Of a stretch of 64,000 bases of DNA, positions 12,701-25,380 are shown piece by piece. Source of the DNA: Prorocentrum cordatum. Lineage: Eukaryota. The DNA is taken from positions 1 through 64,000 of the forward strand of contig CAUYUJ010000080.1 in the NCBI GenBank assembly GCA_963575745.1. The letters are read 5' to 3'. Within the stretch, counting starts at the first letter, position 1. The number at the start of each line of letters is the position of its first letter. The notes beneath the pieces are model-generated. The model did not search any database. It was not told where the DNA came from and saw nothing but the letters and a program-made list of their open reading frames with translations. The translations under genes and the position numbers were made by a program.

Positions 12701-13100
12701 CATCGCGAGTGCACCGCGCGATGACGTGAAATCGCTGGAGTTGACCGAAGTCTTAAGATTCCTATGGTTTTCCTATGATTTCAGCAAGAGAGCCCGGGCA
12801 GGAAATTTGTAGGATGTTTGTGAAAAAACAGCGGGTTTTTGATGTTTGCATGTTGAAATGCTTGCAGACACACGGTGTTCGTTAGGATTCTGACATGAAC
12901 GCGCGCGTGTGCTCTTTGTGGTATTTTTTGCAATGGATTATCGCCGTGGACGACAGGACGTCCATGTCGAGAGGAAAAAATAAGAAACATGTTGATTTTG
13001 TATTGTTTTTTACAAGTTAAGATGGGACCACCCGGATGGGGCCCCTATCTGCCGGCCTGAGGGGGGAGTAGGAGTATATTCGCATAAGGAATAAGGATAG
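9789..13100. repeat. Tandem triplication of a ~0.85-1.4-kb unit separated by (GTAGGA)n
   Basis: Units start TCAAGCTAGC at 9789, 10658 and 12087 and end ...CCTATCTGCCGGCCTGAGGGGGGAGTAGGAGTATATT. Unit 2 has an internal ~390-bp duplication; unit 1 lacks a ~190-bp segment. Confidence 0.95.
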
Positions 13101-14117
13101 GAGGAGGAGGAAGAGGAGGAGGAGGAGGAGGAGGAGGAGGAGGAGGAGGAGGAGGAGGAGGAGGGGGAGAAGGAGTGGGCGCGGCCTTCGGAGCGAGGAG
13201 TTAGCGCCTCGGTGGCCCCGTCAGGCTCGCACTCGCGCGGGCGGCCGCCACGGCGCCCCACGACGCGGTCGCCGCTGATGGGCCCGCCCGCGGGCCTCAC
13301 CCTTCGGCCGCCTCGCCGCTGCTGCGTGGGCGCGCCACGGCTGGCTGCGCCAGCCTGGTGCAGCCACTGCGCCGCTGGCCAGGCCAGCGTCGGCGTCCCC
13401 CTCGGCTGCTGCGCGGGCGCTGGCGGGGCCCGCCCGAGGTCGCGCTCCTCGGAGCCCCCGCCTGCTGCCACCTGCGCGTCTGATCACGACGGCGCTGCCT
13501 CGCCGCTGCTCTCCGCCACGACATGCGTCGGCACGAGCTGCACGGGGTCGCCGATGCGCTCAAGAGGAGGACGAGGAGGAGAAGGAGAAGGAGGAGGAGG
13601 AGGAGGAGGAGGAGGAGGAGGAGGAGGAGGAGAAGGAGGAGGAGGAGGAGGGCGAGAAGCAGAGGGAGGAGGAGGGGGGGGCGGAGGAGGAGGGGAGGAG
13701 GAGGAGGAGGAGGGAGGAGGAGGAGGAGGAGGAGGAGGAGGAGGAGGAGGAGGGAGAGGAGGAGGGAGAGGAGGAAGAGGAGGAGACGGAGGAGGAGGAC
13801 GAGGAGGAGGCGGAGGAGGAGTAGGAGGAGGAGGAGGAGGACGAGGACGAGGAGGAAGAGGAGGAGGATGAGGAGGAGGAGGGTGACGGGGGTGGGGGGA
13901 GGGGGAGGGCGGGGCCATGGTGCCTCAAGCTTTTCGCGCCACCCTGGATGGCCCAGGAGGAGGGGGAGAAGAAATGGAGAGGATTCAAGATCTCGAGGCT
14001 AGTTTGTTCTACGGGTTCAAATCTTCCCAGGCCTCCAGAAACATCTGGAGGAAGAGAACGGGAAGAAGAGGAATACGATGAGGAGACGGTGAAGAGGTCG
14101 AATGATGATGATGATGC

Positions 14118-14155
<38 letters not shown>

Positions 14156-14164
14156 TTGATGATC

Positions 14165-14242
<78 letters not shown>

Positions 14243-16042
14243 GTGAGGAGGAGGAGGAGGAGAAGGAGGAGAAAAACGAATAGGATGCTTTCGGAGGCTA
14301 TCAGGTGGCTTTCGGAGGCGTTCGATGGTTTCTGGGAGCTTCCGGCGGGTGAGGAGGAGGGAAAGGGAGGCGGAAGGTAGGGCGGAATGAAGAGGCTCCC
14401 CGTGTAAAAGCCGAACACGTCAGCGGTGGATGAGGAAGAGGGAGGAGGTGGGAGGTAAGAAGGAACAGGTGAGAAGGGGGGGGAGGGGTGGGAGGCAGTT
14501 GTGGCGCCTCATGGTGCATCCCTCCCTGCGCAGGCGCGCGGGCCGCGATTACACCAGCTGGCGATAATCTTGCAGCGCCTCCAGACCGCCCTTGCCGACC
14601 GGGAGGCAACGCAGACCTCCTAGCAAATCCAACTAGCCCTCTGGTGGTTTAGGGACTGTCTCGGTCTTTCTTCCCCTTCGGGCAAGGTATAACTGATCCT
14701 TGTCAAGAAACGCCCATCCATATCCAAACAAGCTGGCCACCAAAGACAAAAAAAGCTCCCCAAACCATCAATGCCAGACCGCAATGCGAAACGCACGTGG
14801 CGGCAACATGTGGACCGTGATCGGGCACCCCACAAGCACTTGTCATCGGCTTTTGAAATGGAGGGCGGCGGGGATAATTTTGTTCCACCGTACGCTCGCA
14901 CACTATCCCAATCGAAACCTGATGCAACCTGATTGCGGGTGCACATACAAACCGCCATGATAACCACTTCGCCGAAACTTTCTATTTGCGGTTGACAAGC
15001 ATTGCAAGGGCGTCGACATACTGCCCGATGCGTGCTGTCCCGTACATTGTCGCACCTGGCGCACTCTGCGAGGGTCGCACACGTGGCGCAGCTCGAGCAT
15101 ATGGCACAACTTGCACACGTGGAGCACGCGGCGCATCTGGCGCACCAGACGCGCATGGCACGCCTGGGCACCTAGGGCACCTGGCGGACGCAGTGCGCAT
15201 GGGGCACCTGGCACGCGTGGCGTACCTCTCGAGCGTCGCGCCCCTGGCGTCTGCATTGGTTCCCAATGTGCTGTCCATCCGATAGCAACCACTGTCTATG
15301 CTGAGTCTCGGGCGGTGCTTACGTGGAGGGAGGTCGGGTGGGAATGAACAAAACAGCATGTGCCGTACCCGTTTGGAACCTGACCCCTCCCTGTACACCT
15401 CGGGCAGCGTACGATTGCCTCCAAGGTGGCCCAAGGCAACCCAAGATGCCATGAGACACCACGACCACCCCAAAGCGGATCCACGTGGCCACGGAGCGAC
15501 CCTCGGAGACCTCGAGAGGCCCAAGCCGTTAAAAAGCCATATCGTTCACTGTGGTTTGGCTTCCCGACTTTTGGCTTCCGATGGGCCTCTGAGGCTTCAA
15601 GATGGCCCCACGGTCGCCCAAAGGAGCCCGAAGTGGGGCCCAGAAGAGGCCCAAGACGGCCCTGAGAGAGCACCGAGGAGGGAATATGTTGGGATCTGTC
15701 GGGCTCCAGAGGGGCGCCCCTCATTCTCACCGCCCTCCTTGCTTCTGGATGGCCTGCAAGATGGCCCCAAAGAGGACCCGAAATGTCCTCAAGAGAAGCC
15801 CCAAGAGAGCTCCGAGAAGACCTTCAAAAGGGTCCCACCAAAAGCCTCGAGATTTTGTCGTTCCGTGCTCTTCTGGAGGGGGGAGGGCGAGAGGACACAG
15901 CAGCACGATGACAAACTTGGCGACGCAAGCGTGCTTCCACCAAGCTGCCTCAAATGGTGTGCACGCAAGCGGAACCGAAGCGTCGAACGATCTCGACCCC
16001 TGCGAGGGACGGCAAATACAAATGGACACCCTCACACTTTGG

Positions 16043-16210
16043 CGGTGCGCACAAGGGGGTGGAGGGAGGGGGGACGGCTGCTCAGAAGGAGGCTGCTTCT
16101 CAGAAGGCGCCGGCCCTACATCCACAGACAAGGCCCGGGCCTTCCAAGAAGCAGGGGCGCTTCTAAGAAGCCCTCCCCCCTGCCCCCCGCCCCCCTCTGC
16201 ACGCGGCTGA
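16043..16210. mobile_element. MITE-like family C (~170 bp); other copies at 24520-24695, 25578-25742 and a related inverted copy at 33182-33380
   Basis: Shared GGAGGCTGCTTCTYAGAAGGCGCCGGCCCTACA core, with G-run and C-run complementary ends (GCGCAC.AGGGGGTGG ... CCCCCCTCTGCGCG). Confidence 0.75.
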
Positions 16211-18699
16211 GCACTCACGCCCCGTGGCCAACGACCGCGGGTGCACCGTGGACTCTAACACGTGCCGTGGCCCTGGCCTCGTGTGCAGATTCTGGGGCGC
16301 GGGCGCGGAGGCCAACCCTGGCCCCTGCCAGAAGCACAAAGCGCACCCGCCACGGGGGGGGGGGGGGGGGGGGGGAGGGGGAGAGGAGGAGGATCGGGGG
16401 AACGAAGGGGGGGGGATAGCCAAGGGCAGGGTGGAGGATCGGCTCACGTAGCCGATTTCCCCAGCGCCTCCCGGCGCCGGGAGGCGCCCATGCATCGAGG
16501 AATGTGCCCGGCGACGGGGCCGAAACCGGCTGCATGCAGAGATCTCGTAACCCCCCCTTTCCCTATCCCCCCGTTTCGTTCGGCCCGAGGGGACAGACGT
16601 GCGAGATGAAGGCCAAGAGAGCTCCAAGATGGCACTGAGAGACTCCAAGGGGTCTCCGAGTTCACCATGGTTATGCCCCTTCTCCGGACAGCTCGCCAGG
16701 GCACGGATCCTGGATGGGCTGGCTGTCCCGCCCGGCGGCCTCGCACGCGAGCGCCAGCAGCGGCACGCTCCACCTGTGCCAGCACGACCGACCTGGGATC
16801 CTCGAGACCACACACGGGCGGCCAAAAAATATCCACGTCCATGCCCTCGCGGTCTGGACTGTGGGACACGATCCCGTGGACACGCCGTCGCATGAATACG
16901 CGATGCGCAGGGGCATCCGCGACACAAACGCCCCGTTTCCCTGGAGGCGCTCGTCCCTACTCGTATCGTCGTCGCCGTCGATCGATCAGGGGATCCTCCG
17001 GGGGAGGAGCCTCAAACGGGGGGGGTCCTCCCGTGCCGTCGCTCGTTCTGTTCCCCGGCCTGAGGGGGAGGGCACCCTCGCCTCCCTCCCTGCCCTCCAC
17101 TGCAGCAGGGGGGCACCGAACTGGTGCGCACTCAAAGGCCCAGCCCGCGAGGCAAAGGGATGCGGGCACGTCTTCCGACCGCGGCCCGCACGGGTGCGCC
17201 CTGCCCGCGGGCGGGCTCTCTCTCTCTCTCTCTCTCTCTCGGCTGAAAAAAAAGCTCCGGGGAATGGCGCGGCCCTTCGGCGAGCACCGTGGACCCCGCG
17301 AAAGTTCCCTCGCAAGAGGACTCCCGCCGCGGCTTCCGTGGCGTCCCCGATCCGATGCCCGACACCGCGGAAGAAGAAGAAGAAGAAGAAGAAGAAGAAG
17401 AAGAAGAAGACGGCACCGCGAAAGAAGCACAAAGCTTTGCCAGCCCGAGCTGGAGGCGGCAATCTCTCGCCAGACCGATACGCGACGCGAGGGTCCAGGG
17501 TCGAAGCCAGCCCGCTGCCCGACGCTGCGGCAGAAGACGGCACCACGAGAGAAGCACAGAGCTGCCAACCCGACCTCGAGACGGCCTACCTCGCCGGACC
17601 GATCCGCGGGGGTCCGGGGCCGAAGCCGGAGCAGGAGAGGCAGCCCTGGCGACCGCGGGCAAGGCTCGAGGCCCCCACCCCGAAACTCCGCTCGAGACCG
17701 CTCCCTGTGCGGGGGGCGTCCACGGACCGACCGTCACACCGGTCCTGGCCCTGGCCCCTCCTGGGCCGGGTCAGGATCGATGAGGTGGTCAGTGGACATC
17801 CCCCGCTTCCCGGGGCTCTTCTGGGCACCGCCCCGTCGGAGGTCCGAAGATGGGGCCCTGTGAGAGGGAGGCTCAGGAACAGGAGGGGACGTCAGGTCGG
17901 ATTTCTGAAGTGCTCGGGGCCACTCGCCCTCGGAAAAACTCCCTCGGGGCCCCATGTTTGCACCACCGATCCCTGGGCCCGTCCTCCGAGCCCGGCGACG
18001 GCGACGGGGAGGGCGGCCTAGGAATGGAGATTGGGAAGGGGGCGGAGGGGCAGGAGGATGAGACGTATGATGATGAGGAAGATGAGGAAGATGAAGAGGA
18101 TCAGGAGGGCGAAGAGAATGGGGAAGAGGAGGCGGAAGAGAAGGACGACAACGACGGCGAGGAGGAGGATCGAGGAGCCCAAGAAACTACCCGGGCCAGC
18201 GAGCGAAGACGGAGCCGTGCCGAGGAACGCCGCGGAGGGGGGCTTTGAGGACCGACCCAGGACATTGGAGAAAACACGCCCTGCACCTCGGACCTGACGG
18301 GAGCCGAACGAGATACGCGCGGCAGCCGTCGCGTCTGCAGGTCCTTCTCCTCATCCCCCTCCTCCTCCTCCTCCTGCTCCTCCTCCTCCTCCTCCTCATC
18401 ATCATCATCATCATCCTACTCCTCTGGCAAGTCCTCCTCCTCTAGTAGCTCCTTCTCCTCCTCCTCCTCCTCCTTCTCATCCTTCTCCTCCTCCTCTGTC
18501 AACTCCTCCTCTCCTTCGTTGGTGTGTGCCGGGCCTCCTCCTCATCATCCTCTAATGCTCTCCTTGTGGATAATTCCTCCCTGTCGCACTCAGAGTCCAG
18601 TCGGAAGGGCGGTCTGGACGTTTCGCCTGAGACTTTAAAACCATCTCTGAGAAGCTTAAAAATTGGCAACAGGTTCACATGTAGAGAGCGGGTGGTTTT

Positions 18700-18960
18700 C
18701 AACATGTGGCTCTCGCATTAGCGCCGCGTGTATTCGTTTGAAAAATGACACGAGCTTCACGGATTGAGGACGGGTAATTTTAAAGATATTGCTCTCGCAT
18801 TAGCGCCGCGCACATTCAGTTTAAACATGTGCAAGAGCTTCACGGATTGAGGGCGGATGGTTATCAAAATGTGGCTCTCGCCTTAGCGCCTCGCACATTC
18901 GTTTTTTCCCCAGCCAACCCGTGGTGTTGGGTCCTCGTTTTGAAGAGACGGTCCCCGCGT
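18700..18960. repeat. ~85-bp tandem repeat (GCTCTCGCMTTAGCGCCGCG core), 3 copies; related copy at ~21620-21695
   Basis: Direct sequence similarity at ~18708, 18790, 18873 and 21665. Confidence 0.75.
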
Positions 18961-19012
18961 TCACTTATCTTGCTCCTCCTCCTCATCCTCCTCCTCCCTC
19001 GCACTCCTCCTC

Positions 19013-19071
<59 letters not shown>

Positions 19072-19239
19072 AGCATCATCGTCGTCATCATCATCATCAT
19101 CCGAATTGTCATCATCACATTCATCGTCATCATTACCATCAGCGTTGTCATCTAAATCGTCGTCGTTGTCATCGCCATCATCGTCGCCATCACCATTATC
19201 GCCATCATCTTCGCCGTCATCGTCATCACCATCGACACC

Positions 19240-21560
19240 AATTTCGGCAAGCCCCTCACACATTTCGTGACCCCATGGGGAGCTCCACCGAATGCCTCAG
19301 TGGCCGCGTCCGCATGCGTTCCCTCCACCCACCCCAGGCCCATTCTGGCACACGCTTCGCGGCCCCATGGGGAGCTCCACCGAAGGCCCCAATCCCCAAT
19401 GACCGCGTCCGCATGTGCCCTCTCCGCCCACCGCATGCCCATTTCGGCACACCCCTCACACGCTTCGTGGCCCCATGGGGAGCTCCACCGAAAGACCAAG
19501 TGGCCGCGTCCGCATGCGTCCACCCCACCCACCGCATTTCCACATTTCCACTGTGACAAACCCCTCACACGCTTCGTGGCCCCGGAACACAGACAGTCCA
19601 AGTGGCCGCGTCCGCATGCGTCCTCCCCGCGCAGGCCCATTTCGGCACACCCCTCACACGCTTCGTGGTCCCATGGGGAGCTCCACCGAAAGCCGCAGTG
19701 GCCGCGTCCGCATGCATCCTCCCCGCTCACCGCAGGCCCATCTCGGCACACGCCTCACACGCTTCGTGGCCCCATAAGGAGCTCCACCGAAGGCCCCAGT
19801 GGCCGCGTCCGCATGCGTCCTCCCCGCCCACCGCATGCCCATTTCGGCACACCCCGCACACGGTTCGTGGCCCTGTCGGGAACCCTACCGAAGGTCCCAG
19901 TGGCCACGTCCTCATGCGGCCTCCCCGCCCCTCACACGGTTCGTGGCCCCATCGGGAGCCCTACCCAAGGCCCCAGTGGCCGCGTCTGCATGCGTCCTCC
20001 CCGCCCAGCGCAGGCCCATTTCGGCACACCCCTCGCAGCGAGAGGGCCCCTCGCACGCTTCGTGGCCCCATGGGGAGCTCCACAGAAGAAGACCCCAGCG
20101 GCCACGTCCGCATGCGTCCTCCCCGCCCACCGCATGCCCATTTCGGCACACCCCTCACACGCTTCGTGGCCCCATGGGGAGCTCCACCGAAAGCCGCAGT
20201 GGCCGCGTCCGCATGCGTCCTCCCCGCCCACCGCAGGCCCATTTCGGCACACGCCTCACACGCTTCGTGGCCCCATAAGGAGCTCCACCGAAGGCCCCAG
20301 TGGCCGCGTCCGCATGCGTCCTCCCCGCCCACCGCATACCCCTTCCAGTACACCCCTGACACGCTTCGTGGCCCCATGGGGAGCTCCACCGAAGGCCCCA
20401 GTGGCCGCGTCCGCATGCGTCCGCCCCGCCCACCGCATGCCCATTCTGGCACAACCCGCCCACGTTTCGTGGCCCCATCGGGAACTCCACCGGAGGCCCC
20501 AGTGGCCGCGTCCGCATGCGTACCCCCCGCCCACCGCATGCCCATTTCGGCACACACCGCACTCGTTTCGTGGCCCCATAGGGAGCTCCAGCGAAGGCCC
20601 CAATGGCCGCGTCCGCATGCGTCCTCCCCGCCCACCGCAGGCCCATTTCGGCACACGCCTCACACGCTTCGTGGCCCCATAGGGAGCGCCACCGAAGGCC
20701 GCAGTGGCCGCGTCAACCCCGCCCACAGCAGGCCCACTCGGCACACGCCGCACACGCTTCGTGTCCCCATAGGGTGCTCCACCGAAGGCCCCAGCGGCCG
20801 CGTCCGCATGCGTCCTCCCCGCCCACAGCAGGCCCATGTCGGCACACCCCTCACAAGCTTCGTGGCCCCATAGGGAGCCCCACCGTAGGCCAAAATTGCC
20901 GAGTCCGCATGCGTCCCCCCCCCCCACCGCATGCCCAGTTCGGCACACCCCGCACTCGTTTCGTGGCCCCATAGGGAGCTCCACCGAAAGTCACAGTGGC
21001 GCAGTTCGCATGCATCTCCCCCACACTGTACAACGTTTCGTGGCCCCACAGGGAGCTCCACCAGATGTCCCAGTGGCGCAGTTCGCATGTGTCTCCCCCG
21101 CCCAGTTCAGCGTTTCGGGACCCCGTAAGGAGCTCCACCTAAGGTCTCAGTGGCGCAGTTCGCATGCGTCTCCCCCACCCTCAGTCCGCATGCGTCCCCC
21201 CCACCCACTACAACGTTTCGTGGCCAAACAGGGAGCTCCACCGAAGGTCCCAATGGCGCAGTTCGCATGCGTCTCCCCCACCCGATGCAGGGCTTCGTGG
21301 CCCCGTAGGGATCTCCATCGAAGGTCCAGTGGCACAGTTCGCATGCCCCCCCCACCCAATCAGTACAACGTTTCGTGGCCAAACAGGGAGCTCCACCGAA
21401 GGTCCCAGTGGCGCAGTTCGCATGCGTCTCCTCCACCCAATGCAGCGCTTCGTGGCCCCATAGGGAGCTCCACCAAAGGTCCCAGTGGCGCAGTTCGCAT
21501 GCGTCTCCCCCACCCATTACAGCGTTTCGTGGCCCCAGAGGGAACTCCACCGAAGGCGCT
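19240..21560. repeat. GC-rich satellite: ~97-bp unit (~17 copies) grading into a ~78-bp variant (~8 copies)
   Basis: Core CTTCGTGGCCCCATRGGGAGCTCCACCGAAGGCCCCAGTGGC recurs throughout. After ~20960 the unit tail changes to GCAGTTCGCATGCGTCTCCCCCAC. Confidence 0.95.
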
Positions 21561-22098
21561 ACCCACAACTGCGGTATTCACAACTGCACATGGTTGGGTC
21601 CTTGGCCAGGATAAATAATTATGCAAGGGTTGAACGGATGGAGGGCGGCTGAATTTCAAAAAAGTTATCGCCTTAGCGCCGCGCGTACTCGCCCAACAAA
21701 CCATAAGGGCTTCGTTGGTTCTCATTGGTAACGTACCAGAAACGACGTCTTGGAACGATTCGAGATTGTCAGAGCGCAGCACTTACGTTGATTCGCGGTC
21801 TTAAACTCCCAGGGACCGTGTTCTGGCACGGTTCAAGTTCGTCAAAACGCATTAGACTGGTGGTAATGAAGTCCTGAGAGTAGTGTTTTGGCGCACTTCC
21901 GGATTTTCACACGCTTGTCCTCCAACGGGGAAATTCCATCAGGGGAAACGACCCCGTGTAGGGGTCTACGAAAAGGGAGCTTGGAGGGAGGGTGCATTCC
22001 CCAACATCGTTGATGAATAATTGGTTTGCACTGGTCTACCTCCTCCTCCTCCTCCTCCTCCTCCTTCTGGGGTGGGCGCTGCGTCTGCCCGTCTCGTC

Positions 22099-22162
22099 CT
22101 CCGGAATGCGTCCAAGTCCGGGATCGTGTGTATCTCCGACGGGTCGAAGCTGGCCATGAAGT
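22099..22162 (-). CDS. CNOT11: CNOT11 homolog, coding exon 7: (D)FMASFDPSEIHTIPDLDAFR (3' boundary uncertain)
   Basis: ggcag| acceptor; phase 1 continues exon 6 (G+AC=Asp); GC3-rich. Donor is probably AG|ga at 22098 or CG|ga at 22101. Confidence 0.72.
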
Positions 22163-22647
22163 CTGCCCGCCCAGCGAGGGGCTAAGCAGAACTCATCGGG
22201 CCCCCCGCGCGGATCCCCGCAGACACATCGAACACCCGCCCACCCCACAGGACCCGCAAACCTCTCGAGTCGACAGCATCCTTATCTGCTCCCTGATGCG
22301 TGTCCTCGAAAAGGGAGGGAAATGGGAGCAGGAATGGGAGGGGAACAATGAGGAAGAGAGGAGAGAGGATGGGATGGGGAGGAGGAGGGGAGTTGTGGGA
22401 GGAGGGTAAACACAATGGAAGGGGAGGGACGGGCGGGAATGAGGGGAAGCAAGGAGAGGGGGAGGAGGAGTGAAGGCGGAAGGGGGACCATAGGGGGGGA
22501 AAGGACGAGGAGAGGAGGGTGGGGAGGAAGAAGGGAGAGGCCAGCAAGTCCCGCTGCTTCTGAAGGGGGGCCGCCTCCAACCAGACGGGGCACCAAGCAC
22601 CGGATACGATTGCTGCGCCTCCTTCTCGTCGTCGTCCGCCTCCGTCC

Positions 22648-22678
<31 letters not shown>

Positions 22679-25219
22679 CTCCTCCTCCTCCTCCTCCTCC
22701 TCCTCCTCCCCCTCTTCCTCACGTATCCTCGTCTTCCTCTTCCTCCTCCTCCTCCTCCTCTTCCTCCTCCTCCTCCTACGCCCCCCTCCCCCCGGTCACC
22801 GGTCACCGCCCCTCGTTGCTTCCTCGCTTCTCCCCACGTTTCCGGTTCTGCTCCTTCCTCTCCCCTGCCTTTCCTCTACTCAATCCGACCTCCCCGCTCC
22901 TCCCCCTCGTTCCTCCCTCCCCCCGCGCCTCTCTTCCTCCCCCGCACGGGGAGGAGAGGAAGGAGGAGAGGCAAGGGAGGAGGAAGGATGAAAGATGGCA
23001 CATTACATCCTTCCTCCTCCCCCCAAGCTCCCCAAGTCCCGGCAACCACATATAACGCCATCTAGAATCAAGGATCCAACCTCGACCCCCCCGCTCCACC
23101 ATCGCACCTCTCCCTCGTCCCTCATCACTCCTTTCTCTCTCTCTCTCTCTTCTCCTCCCGCTTCCTCCCTCCACTGTATTCCCTCCTTCCTTCTCCGTCC
23201 TCCCTCTCCTCCCTCTCCTGCCTCGCCCAAATCCCCACACCCACCCGCGCGCGCAATCAACCAGCCCGGCCAGAATCCGCTCAAAAATCGTTCCGCGGAG
23301 TCTTGAAGTGCAGTCGGGCTATGGCTACAAGAGACCCCAACGAAACGGCTCAGACCTCGAAGCAACCCAAAGCTTCCGATGAATCAAGGGTTGTGGGGGT
23401 CCTGTGGTTTCCGTACTCTTCTGTTTGAGCCTCGCAGAAGCCCAAGACACACGGGGCACCCTGGCAAAACACACCCTGCGTTCTTAGTTCAGTGGAGTGA
23501 GTAGGGGGGAGGACCAGCTCAGGGGGTTAAACATCGACCTGGAATCGGTGATGCATCGCCGACAGATCGGCGATGGGCCCTCGATAGCGAATCCACGCGT
23601 TTCCTGGGCGGGGCGGCTATCACGCCCCCTATCGGCGACCATTGGGCAGCCAGTGGGTCGATGGCGTTACCCCCCAAAGCCCTGTGTCTCAACCGCTCGG
23701 ACCTCCACAGGAATGCTCTCGCAGATCGACCACGGGGTCGCTCGACTCCCGCAGTGGCCTGCGCCGCTGGGGCGCGGCCCGAGGCGAGAAGCTGTTGGCT
23801 GCGCGGCTGCGCGGCGCTGGTAGCGGCGCACGCGCGAGGGCGGGCGGGGGGGCTTCGACAGCGTCTCCCCCCGTGGGGGATTCACGATGCATCACATCGG
23901 GGCAAACACGTGCTGTGGGGACGTTCGCGAGGAGGCACCTTGCGAGCAGTGGCACGTCCTCGGTGACAGCTCTTCCCGGCATGGAGGAGGCGGGTCCCGA
24001 GGGAAACGGGTGCCGGGCCCTGGGACCCTCCCACAAGGGCCACTTACTCACCCTCAGTCGGCTTCTCACAGCCCCGGAGCCCGGTGGAGGGCCCCGAGAG
24101 CCCGAACACGGCGCAAAACCTCGGGACCCGTTTCCCTCGGAACCCGCTTCCCCCCATGGTGTCGAACTCGGCGAGTGGTGGAACTCGGCGAATGGTGGAC
24201 GGCGAAAAACCTCAGGACCCGTTTCCCTCGGAACCTGTTTCCCCCATGATGTCGAACTCGGCGAATGGTGGAACGCGCTCCATGGCCTGCCCGGAGGCCC
24301 CCCATCCCCCAGGGCCCCGTCGTGGAGCCGCCGACCCCGCCGCTGCCCGTGACACGCGCCGCCGCTGCACGCTGCACAGGCAGGCGGCCCCCCGCCAGGA
24401 CGGCACGGGCCCCCGGCCGTCCGCCGCCGCAGCTGGAAGGCGCACGCGACGCCAGCGGGGGGGTATGGGGGAAGAGGGGGAAGTGCCAGGGGGCCGCACG
24501 CGTTGGAAGGGAGAAGCTGCGGCGCGCGCAAGGAGGGAGCAGGGGGTGCGGGGGGGAAGCTTCTTGGAAGGAGGCCGCTTCTCAGAAGGCGCCGGCCCTA
24601 CACCTACAGACACGGCCCGCGCCTTCCACGAAGCAGGAGTGCTCCTGAGAAGCCTCCCCCCCTCCCCCTACCCCCCCCCTTCTGCGCGTGGCCGAGGCAA
24701 CACGAAAAGATCGGGCGACTGAAACCCTTCTACGTTCGTTGAGTCCACGACATGAGGAAAACCGCGCGGCACACCCGCCCAGGGTTAGGTCGGGCATGTC
24801 CTCCTACAAGGGGATTTGGGGCGAAACATCAGACGTAGTCAACGAATACTCAAAAATGGTCCCCAGACTACTTGTAAATCTTCCTCCTGTAGAGGGCCAC
24901 GCCGGACTCAATAAATACGAGGTCCGCGCAGCCTGAGCGCGACGGGCTGTGACGAGACCCTGCGGGCCCGCACCCGAGAGGTCACTCTGGCGAGGGGTCA
25001 CCCTCACGCGCAGCGGCAACACAAATGGGACGCACAACGACCTGCCAGCACTGCATGATCTCCTGGGAGGGGCGCGCCCGACCCGAACATACAGCATACC
25101 CATCCTTGTCGTATGTATCGTTTGCCGAGCGGCGTGGCCAGAAAGCGCCCGCCACGACGCACATCCTATGAGATTTCTCGGTGCGCGCATCGTCCCCGGG
25201 GGGCGACGCACATCTAGTA

Positions 25220-25380
25220 TTAGGTCGGGCATGTCCCCCTACAGGCCGACTTTGGACGAGAAAAACACAAGATACTCCCATGTACCACAACTATTCACAA
25301 ATTGTAGAAGAATCGTCCCCGGATTATTTGTGTGACTATTTTTGAATATTCCTCCTGTAGAGGGACAGGGCCGACTTAAA
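25220..25380. mobile_element. MITE family B (~130-160 bp); other copies at 24785-24911, 27777-27938, 36890-37047
   Basis: Imperfect ~27-bp TIRs TTARGTCGGGCRTGYCCCCCTACAGG ... CCTGTAGAGGGACAGGSCCGACTTAAA around an AT-rich core, in four dispersed copies. Confidence 0.82.

Noticed and set aside
13914..13929. Relic dinoflagellate spliced leader (GCCATGGTGCCTCAAG versus GCCATTTTGGCTCAAG)
   Set aside because: Only 13/16 identity, the T-run is lost, and no convincing coding sequence follows; compatible with chance.
14647..14654. Telomeric TTTAGGG
   Set aside because: Single isolated copy.
16468..18336. Possible CNOT11 exon 8 candidates (16487-16544 region, 18294-18335) and long GC-rich ORFs of 398 and 435 aa
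   Set aside because: No recognisable CNOT11 motif; the ORFs are low-complexity and overlap in multiple frames.
19267..20873. 471-aa and 423-aa ORFs
   Set aside because: Stop-poor GC-rich satellite with a unit length that cycles through frames; no domain recognised.
22262..22310. Minus-strand exon-like segment (HQGADKDAVDSR / RIREQIRMLSTR) between CNOT11 exons 6 and 7
   Set aside because: Exons 6 and 7 join in phase without it and it has no CNOT11 similarity.
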